DNA of 32,000 nucleotides from Mycoplasmoides pneumoniae FH (GTDB lineage Bacteria; Bacillota_I; Bacilli_A; Mycoplasmatales; Mycoplasmoidaceae): NCBI RefSeq assembly GCF_001272835.1, contig NZ_CP010546.1, positions 242,809 through 274,808 of the forward strand, given 5' to 3'. The position numbers and the translations under genes are program-made. The notes beneath the pieces are model-generated. The model searched no databases and was not told the DNA's origin. It was given only the letters and a program-made list of their open reading frames with translations. Shown here piece after piece: positions 21,428-32,000 of the stretch (within the stretch, counting starts at the first letter, position 1; every line of letters begins with the position of its first letter).

Positions 21428-22642
21428 GTGTTCAAGTATATTATTAAACGTTTGGGTTTGGCAGTGTTAGCGATGTTTATCGTGATGACCATTGTCTTCT
21501 TTTTGGTTAACTCCACAGGTCAAACGCCCTTATCAGCAACCTCTTCTAAGGATTTGGAGGCTGTCAAAACACAACTAGATGCCTTTGGTTTTAACGATCC
21601 GTTAATTGTGCGATATGGTCGTTACTGACAAACCCTCTTTTCAGGTAGTTTGGGTACTTATTACAGCTCCCCGAACCAAACAATTGACCAAATTGTCTTT
21701 GGTCGGGTACCTAACACCCTTTACGTTGTTTTAATTTCTTTCTTTATCGGCTCTTTGTTGGGCATTATCTTCGGGATGATTTCCGGATTATTCCGTGGCA
21801 AGTTAATTGATGCGGTAATTAACGTGCTCGTTGTTTTATTTGTTTCGATTCCTTCCTTTGTGGTTGGTTTAGGTTTACTTAAGGCAGCTGGTTTGTTCCG
21901 TTTACCACCGCGCTTTATTAACTTCGATGATGCTAACTTTAACTTTGGTAACTTCTTGTTAGCCTCCATTATTCCTATTTTATCCTTGGTATTTTACACC
22001 TCAGCGGCCTTTACTTATCGGGTACGGAATGAGGTCGTGGAAGTAATGAACCAGGACTACATAAAAACAGCACGTAGTAAAGGTTTGAGTACTTTTGCTG
22101 TAGCGCTTTACCACATCTTCCGTAACTCAATTATTCCTTCTGTACCTTTATTTGTCTTTGGGATCTCTGGTGCCTTTTCGGGTGGTTTTATTATTGAATC
22201 CTTATTTGGTGTTCAGGGGGTATCACGGATCTTAATTGACTCGGTGCAAAGTAACGAAACTAACCTCGTGATGTTTAACATTATGTTCATCCAGGGGATT
22301 CCCTTACTAGCAAGTGTCTTCATTGAGTTGATTTATGTCCTAGTGGATCCTAGGATTCGGATTGCTAGTGCCGGTGGGGTGAGTCTGTGAACTAAGCTTA
22401 AGTTTGTTTATTTACGCCAAGCTTGATTGCGTAAGTGAAGACGGATTAACCACACTAATTCCCACAATGTGTTGTTCAATTCGCCCCAACACCGCCAGCT
22501 GTTAGAGCTCAAAGCAATTGATTACAAGCACAATACCATTAGCTTAACTGAACAGCAAAAAACCACCCTTAAAATTGAACCAACTGCTAACTTTGTTTTG
22601 TTAGGAACTAAATGTTTAAAGATTATTACGATCCATGGATAA
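21428..22642 (+). CDS. oppB: Oligopeptide ABC transporter permease OppB
   Basis: Frame 2 open 21428 (GTG) to TAA 22640-22642 with TGA=Trp. KRLGLAVLAMFIVMTIVFFLVN..., VRNEVVEVMNQDYIKTARSKGLS EAA loop. Exact start uncertain. Confidence 0.93.
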
Positions 22643-23765
22643 GCACCAAAAATTTGACCAAAGCCTGTTTCAACGGGTAGACATTAATGTCTTAAAACGC
22701 TCTGACCAGTTGATTGGCAAACCAACCACTAACTTTGTCGAAATTATGAAGCGGTTGTTCCAAAATAAGTGAGCAATCCTCTTCTTTTTACTGATTGTGC
22801 TAATTATTTTGTTAGCCATCATTGTACCCTTAGCATCACCTTATTCAGCCGTTACTCCAGTATCGAACAACGCTTTGGCACAGAACCTACCACCACGATA
22901 CCTCTGGAACGGCGCGGGTGACATTCAAGTAGAGAAAATTACGGCACGCTCGATTGCTGAAGTGGCCCAATCAAGTGGTGTTTTGGTAGGGAAATTACCG
23001 GAGGCAAGTAGCAATCCACTCGCTACTAACGTTAAGTACAACATTGCGCCTTACCAACTAGCAGAGCTGAAAAACTACTATCCATTATTAGGCACTAACG
23101 GTTTAGGGGTTGATATTTGAACTTTACTGTGAGCCAGTATGGCCAAGTCACTCTGAATTGCGATTGTGGTAGCCTTAGTTTCAATGGTCTTCGGCACCAT
23201 TTACGGCGCGATTGCTGGGAGCTTTGTTGGACGCGCTGCTGACAACATTATGAGCCGGATCATTGAAATTATTGATTTGGTTCCTTCAATTCTCTGGATC
23301 ATTGTCTTGGGAGCAACATTCCGCTTTGGTGGGGTAAAACAATTTGATGACAGTGTGGTGATCTTTACCTTAATCTTTGTCTTTTGGACCTGACCCGCTG
23401 CTACCACAAGGATCTACATCTTAAAGAATAAGGATACGGAGTACATCCAAGCAGCGCGTACCTTAGGAGCAAAACAAATTCGCATTATTTTTGTCCACAT
23501 GCTACCAGTTGTAACTGGTCGTTTAGCAGTCGTCTTTGTGAGTTTGATTCCCGCTGTGATTGGTTATGAAGCATCACTGGTTTTCTTAGGGCTTAAACCT
23601 GCTACCGAAGTGGGACTTGGTGCTTTATTAAACCAGGTCACCAGTAGTGGTAACATAGCACTGATTACCAGCTCAATTGTGAGCTTTGCAATTCTCACCG
23701 TTTCGACCCGCGTGTTTGCTAACGCTTTAAATGACGCAATTGACCCACGGGTAATAAGGAGGTAA
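22635..23765 (+). CDS. oppC: Oligopeptide ABC transporter permease OppC
   Basis: ATG 22635 overlapping the oppB end by 8 nt, frame 3 to 23765 with TGA=Trp (376 aa); RIYILKNKDTEYIQAARTLGAKQIRIIFVHMLP. Confidence 0.93.
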
Positions 23766-23766
23766 T

Positions 23767-25038
23767 ATGGCACTAAAAGCAACTAATTTTTTTACAGAAC
23801 CAGAGTACAAACTGCAGGATGATTTGATCTTAGACATCCGTGATCTTCACGTGAGTTTTAAGGTTAAAGACGGCATTATGCAAGCTGTCCGTGGTGTTGA
23901 TCTCAAAGTCAAAAAGGGCGCCATTGTCGGCATTGTGGGCGAATCTGGTAGTGGTAAATCGGTCTGTGTTAAGTCGATTATTGGCTTTAACGATGGCGCA
24001 AAAACGACCGCTAAGTTAATGAACTTTAAGAACATTGACATTAGCAAGATTAAAAAGCACCAGTGACAGTACTACCGTGGCACGTACGTGTCTTACATTT
24101 CCCAAGATCCACTGTTCTCGTTAAACCCCACCATGACCATCGGTCGCCAGGTTAAAGAAGCGATTTATGTGTCGTGTAAGCGCCGATATTACCAAACTAA
24201 GAGTGACCTCAAATACGATTTGCAAACAGAACGAATTGACCTGGACACTTACAAGGAAAAACTAGCACAAGCCAAGGAAACTTACAAAGCTAAAACGACT
24301 AAGGCGGCGGTCCATGCAAAAACGCTAGAAATCCTTAACTTCATTGGCATTGACCAAGCTGAAAAGCGCTTAAAGGCCTTTCCAAGTGAGTTTTCCGGGG
24401 GAATGCGGCAACGGATTGTGATCGCGATTGCCGTAGCCACCGAACCGGATTTAATTATTGCCGATGAACCGACCACGGCGTTGGATGTGACCATCCAAGC
24501 GAAGGCGTTGAACCTAATTAAACAGCTGCGTGACCTGCTCAACATTACCATTATTTTTATTAGTCACAACATCTCGTTAATTGCTAATTTCTGTGACTTT
24601 GTATACGTAATGTACGCTGGTCGATTAGTGGAAAAGGGCTTAGTTGAGGAAATCTTTACCAATCCGGTGCACCCCTACACTTGGGCATTAATGGCTTCTA
24701 TCCCTGAAGGTACGGACAAAAACGCTCCGCTAACCTCAATTCCTGGGTATATTCCCAATATGTTATCCCCGCCTAAGGGCGATGCCTTTGCAGCGCGGAA
24801 CCAGTTTGCACTTGCCATTGATTTCGAGCACCAACCGCCGTTCTTTGATGTAACGGAAACTCATAAGGCCGCTACCTGGCTACTCCATCCCCAAGCACCG
24901 AAGGTAGAGATGCCCGCCGATGTCAAGGAAAAGATTGCCATTACCCGCAAAGCACTCGCCATTAAAATGCCATCTCAACCTGTAAAACAACCAAAAAGCA
25001 ATGGAAACAAAAAAACAAAAACAAAATCCGCTCGTTAA
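23767..25038 (+). CDS. oppD: Oligopeptide ABC transporter ATP-binding protein OppD
   Basis: 423 aa; GESGSGKSVCVKSI, FSGGMRQRIVIAIAVATEPDLIIADEPTTALDVT. Confidence 0.95.
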
Positions 25039-27556
25039 TGTTAAAGCCTTGAGCATGTTGTTCAAGGTCCGCGGTAGCTTCTTTAAAGCCTTAGATGAAA
25101 TTGACTTTACCGTCAATGAAGGTGACTTCTTTGGGGTCATTGGCGAATCGGGTAGTGGTAAGTCAACCACGGGGAAGTGTTTAATCCGGTTAAATATCCC
25201 GAGTGGCGGTAAGGTGGAAATTGCTAACCACCTTATTTCTGGTAAAAAACTAACGCGCGAAAACGACCACTGGTTAAAGCAAAACGTGCAGATGGTCTTT
25301 CAAGACCCATACTCTTCTTTAAACCCTACCAAGAATGTTTTAACGGTCATTTCCGAACCGTTAGTAATTACCAAAACGGTGTATGGTGAGGTAAAGGAAT
25401 ATCTTAAAACGCTCGCTAAACTGTCCTTTAAAACCAAGAAGGAATTGTTAAGGGAAGACTTTGAACTGGAAACCCAGTTTTACGAAAAGTTCTTTTCAAA
25501 GGTACTGTTTCACTTAGAAACTACGATTAACAAGTTTGCCCTACTCCAAGAGAGTAATAACAATAGTTCAGCCGAGTTAGCACAAACCATTTTGGGTCAC
25601 ACTGATGATCTAATTGAAGCATTACGGCAAGAGTTCGGTCTGGTCTATGAGTTTTCCTCATCCCAAAGCGAACCGCTACAAAAGGCCCTCAAAGACAAAC
25701 AGGAAACCTTAGCACAGGACACGATTGACAAGTTAAAGCAAGAGCTGTATACAACGCAGCAAAAAGCTAAAGTTTCCACCCAGGCCTTTGCTACTTGACA
25801 AAAGTTGCAACAAACTAAGCAGAACTTAAAAGCGTACCGTGCCCAAATGGCGGAAGAGTTGCAAAACAAACCACGGATTTACCTCAATGCATGGTTGTTA
25901 ACAACGAAGAACTACATTAAGGATTCACGCCAAAACACGCAGTTAACTGACGATGTCTTTGCTTTTTCTTACAACGACATGGTCGACAAAAAGCGCCGCT
26001 TAGTGTTAGTGTTATCGGAGTATTACAAGGCGTTGCCGTTCTTTTATGACAATTGGATCCACCAGAACGCCGATCGTTTTGATGAATTGACCAACGCAGT
26101 CTTCTTTGACTTGATTGATGTGGTGATTGCCTTAAACCGTGATTTTGCTAATGTGGAGAGTGACGCTAAGGCCGAGTTAATCCGTTTTGTTCAGTTTATC
26201 CGTCGCTTGTGTGACTTACGCTTTGCTGCTTTGAAAAAGAGTTTTAAGAAGCAAACTAACTATAGTTTTGACTTTAACCGCGAAACCGAGTTGTTATACG
26301 CCAACAGCTGTTATGACATTAAGGAGCTCCCCCAAGTAATCCAACCATACTGGGAAAAGCTCTTTAGTGATGCTAACTATGACAAGATTGCCAAATCAGT
26401 GCAGGAACTCAACGATATTATTAGCACTGACATTGAAAAGGCATCGAATATAGCCAGTGAAATTAATACCAAGATTAGTAGTTTTAAAACTGAAATTGCG
26501 GAGTTAAAAGCTACCTTTAAAACAGAAAAAAAAGCAGAAGATCACAGTGCCCAAATTACTGGCTTAAAAACGCAAATTGCTGAAATTCAAACGCAAATCA
26601 AGCAGCAAAAACGCGAAGTCCAAAGTACCGAAAAGGCCGCTTTAAAACCAGTATTAAAGCAGTACAAGAGTGCGCTGCACCTCTATAAACGCTTTAAACA
26701 GTTGTTACGCCAATTTACCAAGCAGTTAAACCTCCTTGTCAAAAAACAGCAGGAATTAGAAAAGATTGAGGAAGGCTTGGATCTAACCATTTGAGAGCGG
26801 ATCCAACTGTTGTTCCACCCGGTCGAAGGTGATCTCAAGAGTGAACTCAAAACACGCTTAAAGTCGTTTGGGGTGATTAACTTTGAGTACAAACGGGCTG
26901 TGCGTGAATCCCGTGTCTTTCGCTTAGTCCACTTTGGTCATGACGTGATGAAGTGAGGATTGTTCTTACCATTGACCAAGATCTTCATGCGTAACAAGGT
27001 GTATGAAGCATTAGACAGTGTGGGCCTCAAACGCGAGCACGCTTATCGCTATCCGCACGAGTTTTCTGGGGGTCAGCGGCAACGGATTGCGATTGCCCGC
27101 GCTTTAATTACCAAACCTAAGTTAATTATTGCAGATGAGCTTATTAGTGCTTTGGATGTATCCATTCAAGCGCAGGTGATTAACATCTTGAAGGACTTGG
27201 CTAAAAAACACAACTTAACGGTGCTCTTTATTGCCCACGACCTTTCGATGGTACAAACAGTGTGCAACCGTTTAATTATTATGCACCGCGGCAAAATTGT
27301 GGAACGGGGTAGTACGGATGAAATCTTCGCGCACCCGGTCCACCCTTACACCCGTTCCTTGATTAAGGCATCGCCAAAGTTGAGTAAGATTAACATTGAC
27401 CTAGCCTCCTTTGACGAGAAGTTTACGTATGACAGTGATTATTCACTCACGAATATGCCAAGCTTCTTGAAGGTGCCAAATACCCAAGAACACGAGTTGT
27501 ACTGTACTCAAGGCCAGTTTGACAGTTGGATCAAAGGAGCAAGTCGGATAAATTAA
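25001..27556 (+). CDS. oppF: Oligopeptide ABC transporter ATP-binding protein OppF with a very large internal insertion
   Basis: Frame 2 open 25001-27556 with TGA=Trp (851 aa). Walker A GESGSGKST at 25142, QMVFQDPYSSLNP at about 25295, signature FSGGQRQR at about 27062. Confidence 0.95.
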
Positions 27557-27611
27557 TTTAAAATTTCTAGCAAATTGTGGGAGCTAGTTTAGCGTTATTA
27601 CCACACCAATT

Positions 27612-28025
27612 ATGGCAAAAAAGACTATTACAAGAATCGCTAAGATTAACCTCTTAGGCGGGCAAGCAAAGCCCGGTCCCGCACTCGCATCTGTTGGGAT
27701 TAACATGGGTGAATTCACCAAACAATTTAACGAAAAAACCAAGGACAAACAGGGCGAAATGATCCCCTGTGTGATCACCGCTTACAACGATAAGTCGTTC
27801 GACTTTATCTTAAAAACTACCCCAGTTAGCATCTTGCTTAAGCAGGCTGCAAAACTGGAAAAGGGGGCGAAAAACGCCAAAACAATTGTGGGTAAGATTA
27901 CGATGGCCAAGGCCAAGGAAATTGCGCAGTACAAGTTAGTGGATCTGAACGCTAACACCGTGGAAGCAGCCCTTAAAATGGTTTTAGGTACTGCTAAACA
28001 AATGGGAATCGAGGTGATCGAATAA
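27612..28025 (+). CDS. rplK: 50S ribosomal protein L11
   Basis: [44 protein letters not shown]...; 137 aa. Confidence 0.97.
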
Positions 28026-28705
28026 TGGCTAAACTATCAAAGAAAATGAAGATAGCTGTTGGTTTGGTCGATAAAACCAAGCTGTACCCGCTCCAAGAAG
28101 CAGTTGATTTAGTCAAAAAAACTTCAATTACCAAATTTAATGGCTCAGTTGATATTGCCGTTAGCCTTAATTTAGACACCACCAAGGCGGAACAACAGCT
28201 CCGCGGTGCGATTGCTTTTCCTCACAGTGTTGGCAAACCAATCCGTATTCTAGCGATCACCGATGATGAAAAGGCGGCACTGGAAGCAGGTGCTGACTTT
28301 GTTGGTGGCATTGACAAGATCAATGACATTAAAAACGGTTGACTAGACTTTGACCTGATCATCACTTCTCCAAAGTTTATGGCCGCATTAGGTAAACTCG
28401 GGAAGCTGTTAGGTACCAAGGGTTTAATGCCTAACCCAAAAACAGAAACCGTTACTGATGATGTTCCAGCTGCTGTACGCGCTTACAAGAAGGGGAAAAA
28501 GGAATACCGCGCTGACAGCTTTGGTAACATCCACATGTCCTTAGGCCGCGTGGACAGTGCGTCCAACCACTTGGTTGAAAACGCTTTGGCACTGCTTGAT
28601 CTCATTAAATCACGTAAACCAGCAACCGTTAAAGGAATTTACATTAAGAACATTGCCTTGACCACTACCATGGGTCCGAGCTTAAAGGTTAAGCTCCCTG
28701 ATTAA
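28025..28705 (+). CDS. rplA: 50S ribosomal protein L1
   Basis: 226 aa across one TGA=Trp; GKLGKLLGTKGLMPNPKTETVT. Confidence 0.97.
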
Positions 28706-29271
28706 TGGACAAGTTGCGCCTCGTTGTTGGTTTAGGTAATTTAGGTAAGCAGTACGCTGAAACCCGTCATAACGCGGGGTTTAAGGTAATTGATCGTTTA
28801 CTAAGCCTTTACCATGTCCAGTTAGAGGAACGCAACAACTTAGGTGAATTCATCCTTTTAAGAAAACATAAGGTAGTGTTAGCTAAGCCAAACACTTACA
28901 TGAACCACAGTGGTAAGTTTGTTAAATGAGCTTGTCAAAACTGAAACATTAAACCAGATAAGGTAATGGTGGTTTATGATGAATTAGCCTTCCCGTTAGG
29001 TACTGTTCGACTAAAAATGCAGGGTTCAGCCAACAATCATAATGGCATAAAATCAGTAATTGCGCATTTAAATACTGAACACTTCAACCGCCTCCGGTTC
29101 GGAATTAAGTCCGATAATACTAGTAACATTCTCCATGAAGTGGTAATGTCGGAGTTTACCCCAGCCGAGCGTAATTTACTTGAAACAGCGCTTACAAAAG
29201 CGATTGAAGCACTCAAGGGTTACATTGATGGTGTGACAATGCTTAAATTAATGGAAGTTTTCAATGCCTAA
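28705..29271 (+). CDS. pth: Peptidyl-tRNA hydrolase
   Basis: 188 aa with TGA=Trp codons; VVGLGNLGKQYAETRHNAGF, KPNTYMNHSGKFV, NNHNGIKSV. Confidence 0.95.
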
Positions 29272-30133
29272 AACACAATACATAGCTGGAGTATCAGGTG
29301 GTCCTGATTCAATGTTGTTGTTAAAACTGTACCACAAGAAGATTGCCTGTGTTGTACACGTTAACTACAATAAGCGGACTACTGCACTCCGCGACCAAAA
29401 AATGGTCGAAGAATACTGTAAACAGCTCAAAGTGCCCCTCATTGTGCACACGGTACCTGAAGATACCGTTTGAAAGAAAAACTTTCAAGCACAAGCTAGA
29501 AAAATTCGCTTTGAACAGTTTCAAAAAGCAGCTAGCCTTTATAAAGTAGATAAGCTGCTGTTAGCCCACCACCGCGATGATTTTATCGAACAGGCCAAAA
29601 TGCAGTTGGACGCACGCAAGCGTGCCATGTATTATGGCATTAAAACACGTGGCGAATTGTATGGGATGAAGGTCTATCGTCCCTTTATTAAGTACTGAAA
29701 AAACGAGATCTTAGCCTTGTGTGAAGAACACAAAGTGCCTTATGGTATTGATGAAACCAACGCGCAGCCAATTTACAAACGTAATCAGGTACGCCAGGAG
29801 ATCGCTAACTGATCGAAGGAAGAGAAGGAGGAGTTTTACATTGGTGTGTGCGCCATGAACCGCGTCATTGGTCAAAAGCTCTTTTCCTTAATGAAACGTG
29901 CAAAACAGTGGTTAGCTCATCCTGATGTACGTGAATTAAAGCGTTACCCACTTCCCGATCAACGTCAGTTGGTTTACAGCTTTTTAATTACCCACCACAT
30001 TGATGTAACGGGGGACAAGATTGATGCCATTTTAGACTTTATCCAACCGTTTCAACAAAAGCATTACCGTCTCAAGGATGAGATCTTCTTATCCATTAAA
30101 GACGAACGGCTAACTTTACTGTACAAGAGTTAG
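29264..30133 (+). CDS. tilS: tRNA(Ile)-lysidine synthase, short form
   Basis: 289 aa in frame 2 with TGA=Trp; PP-loop AGVSGGPDSMLLLKL, VHVNYNKR, AHHRDDFIE. Confidence 0.9.
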
Positions 30134-31072
30134 ATGAAAAAGTTATTAGTCAAGGAGTTAATCGAACAATTTCAGGATTGTGTTAACCTCATTGATGGGC
30201 ACACTAACACCAGTAATGTAATTAGAGTACCCGGATTAAAGCGGGTGGTGTTTGAAATGCTGGGGTTGTTTTCCAGCCAAATTGGCTCGGTAGCCATTTT
30301 GGGCAAACGCGAATTTGGCTTTTTGAGTCAAAAAACGCTGGTTGAACAACAGCAAATTCTCCACAACTTACTCAAACTCAACCCACCAGCGATTATTTTG
30401 ACCAAGTCCTTTACTGACCCCACGGTACTTTTACAGGTTAACCAGACTTATCAGGTACCGATCCTAAAGACCGATTTCTTTTCCACGGAACTTTCCTTTA
30501 CGGTCGAAACCTACATTAACGAACAGTTTGCTACTGTTGCACAAATTCACGGCGTCTTGCTGGAAGTTTTTGGTGTAGGTGTCTTATTAACTGGTCGCAG
30601 TGGCATTGGTAAATCGGAGTGTGCCTTAGATCTAATTAACAAGAACCACCTCTTTGTCGGTGATGATGCGATTGAAATATACCGTTTGGGTAATCGCTTG
30701 TTTGGTCGCGCGCAGGAAGTAGCGAAAAAGTTTATGGAAATCCGTGGTCTTGGTATTATTAACGTCGAGCGCTTTTACGGATTGCAAATTACTAAACAGC
30801 GCACCGAAATCCAGTTAATGGTGAACTTACTGAGTTTAGAAAAACAAACGACCGTGACCTTTGAGCGTTTAGGTACCGAATTGAAAAAACAACGTTTACT
30901 CGGAGTTGATTTGAGCTTTTATGAAATTCCGATTTCCCCCGGGCGGAAGACGAGTGAAATCATTGAAAGCGCTGTAATTGATTTTAAACTTAAGCACAGT
31001 GGCTATAACTCTGCTTTAGACTTTATTGAAAACCAGAAGGCCATTTTAAAACGTAAAAAAGATGAATCCTAG
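30134..31072 (+). CDS. hprK: HPr kinase/phosphorylase
   Basis: 312 aa; LTGRSGIGKSECALDLINKNHLFVGDDAIEI, MEIRGLGIINVERFYG. Confidence 0.96.
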   Translation: MKKLLVKELIEQFQDCVNLIDGHTNTSNVIRVPGLKRVVFEMLGLFSSQIGSVAILGKREFGFLSQKTLVEQQQILHNLLKLNPPAIILTKSFTDPTVLLQVNQTYQVPILKTDFFSTELSFTVETYINEQFATVAQIHGVLLEVFGVGVLLTGRSGIGKSECALDLINKNHLFVGDDAIEIYRLGNRLFGRAQEVAKKFMEIRGLGIINVERFYGLQITKQRTEIQLMVNLLSLEKQTTVTFERLGTELKKQRLLGVDLSFYEIPISPGRKTSEIIESAVIDFKLKHSGYNSALDFIENQKAILKRKKDES

Positions 31073-32000
31073 TGTTAGTAGCAGACCACCATGATCAACG
31101 GCCTTTTACTTAGGGCCGGGTTTTCCTATTCAATGGTATGGGATCATAGTCGCAATTGGGATTGCCTTTGGCATCTTAATGTTTGTCTTGAAGTTAATTT
31201 ACTTTTACAAGATTCAAGATAACAGCTTTTACTTCTTTATCTTCATTGCAGTTTTAACAATGGTATTGGGCGCACGAGCTTGGTATTTTTTGATTGAAGC
31301 GGTTGATGGTCGTTCAAGTGGGAGCAACTTCTTTGACTTCCGCAACGGTGGGTTAGCAATCCAAGGTGGTGTGTTGTTAACTACGTTAGCGGGGATTATC
31401 TACTTTAACGTCTTTTTAAACATGAAGACGACCAAAACCAAAACCACCGCTAAACTATTAAACAACAAGAACCAGATTAAAACGGTTTATGTCGAGCGTA
31501 ACATCTCAGTGTTTGTGATGTTGGATCTCATCGCTCCCTGTGTGTTAATTGGTCAAGCCATTGGTCGTTGGGGTAACTTCTTTAACGCGGAAGTTTATGG
31601 CGCAGCTTTAGTGGGTTCCAAAAATGATACCCTGTCAGCTGCTAACACCACCTGGGGCTTTTTAAGAATCTTAATGCCCAAAGTGTGGGACGGAATGTTT
31701 ATCAATGGTAGCTTCCGCATTCCGCTTTTCTTAATCGAATCGTTCTTTAACACGATCTTCTTTGTCTTTATCTACTTTGTAATGGACCACATTAAGGGGA
31801 TCCGCAGTGGGACAATTGGCTTTAGTTACTTCTTAGCGACTGGCATAGTTCGCTTAATCTTGGAAACGCAGCGTGATGAAGCGTTTAAGTACAATACCTC
31901 GATTGTGTTTAGTGCACTCTTAATTTTGGTGGGAATAGTAGGGATTATTTACTGTCAAACGTTAGCAATTAAATTGCGTGGTTATTTCTGAACTTACTTC
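31062..32000 (+). CDS. lgt: Prolipoprotein diacylglyceryl transferase (3' truncated by window end)
   Basis: ATG 31062, frame 3. MNPSVSSRPPWSTAFYLGPGFPIQWYGIIVAIGIAFG..., RNGGLAIQGG, IGQAIGRWGNFFNAEVYG. The TGA at 31989-31991 is Trp, so the gene continues past the window. Confidence 0.93.

Noticed and set aside
27567-27587. CTAGC...GCTAG pair upstream of rplK, considered as an L1 autoregulatory site
   Set aside because: Five base pairs with an 11-nt loop and no recognisable L1 target motif; would need conservation data.

Overview
The window reads as an ordinary chromosomal segment of Mycoplasma pneumoniae or a near-identical strain. It uses genetic code 4 (TGA = Trp), so most ORF breaks in the supplied track are in-frame Trp codons. 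Left part (1-5.4 kb): a 5'-truncated type I specificity gene (hsdS), a P1-adhesin-derived RepMP2/3-like block that is a frameshifted pseudogene, a DUF16/UPF0134 coiled-coil gene, and a P1-derived RepMP4-like block that stays open. The rest is colinear and almost entirely + strand: small two-TM protein, ptsG, rpsB, cation P-type ATPase, secA, uvrB, small membrane ORF, P116 surface antigen, a small minus-strand gene, oppB-oppC-oppD-oppF, rplK, rplA, pth, tilS, hprK, lgt (truncated by the window end). I see no CRISPR array, rRNA, tRNA, phage or new defence system. The observations most worth testing are non-coding: (a) a near-consensus promoter followed by a ~100-nt hairpin/terminator leader directly upstream of oppB; (b) a perfect 11-bp hairpin sequestering an AGGAGG Shine-Dalgarno before a 13-codon micro-ORF upstream of rpsB; (c) a structured intergenic region beside the P1 repeats with a terminator facing the minus strand. 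Also notable are large lineage-specific insertions in OppF, OppD and PtsG. Organism and gene identities come from recalled protein families, not database searches.
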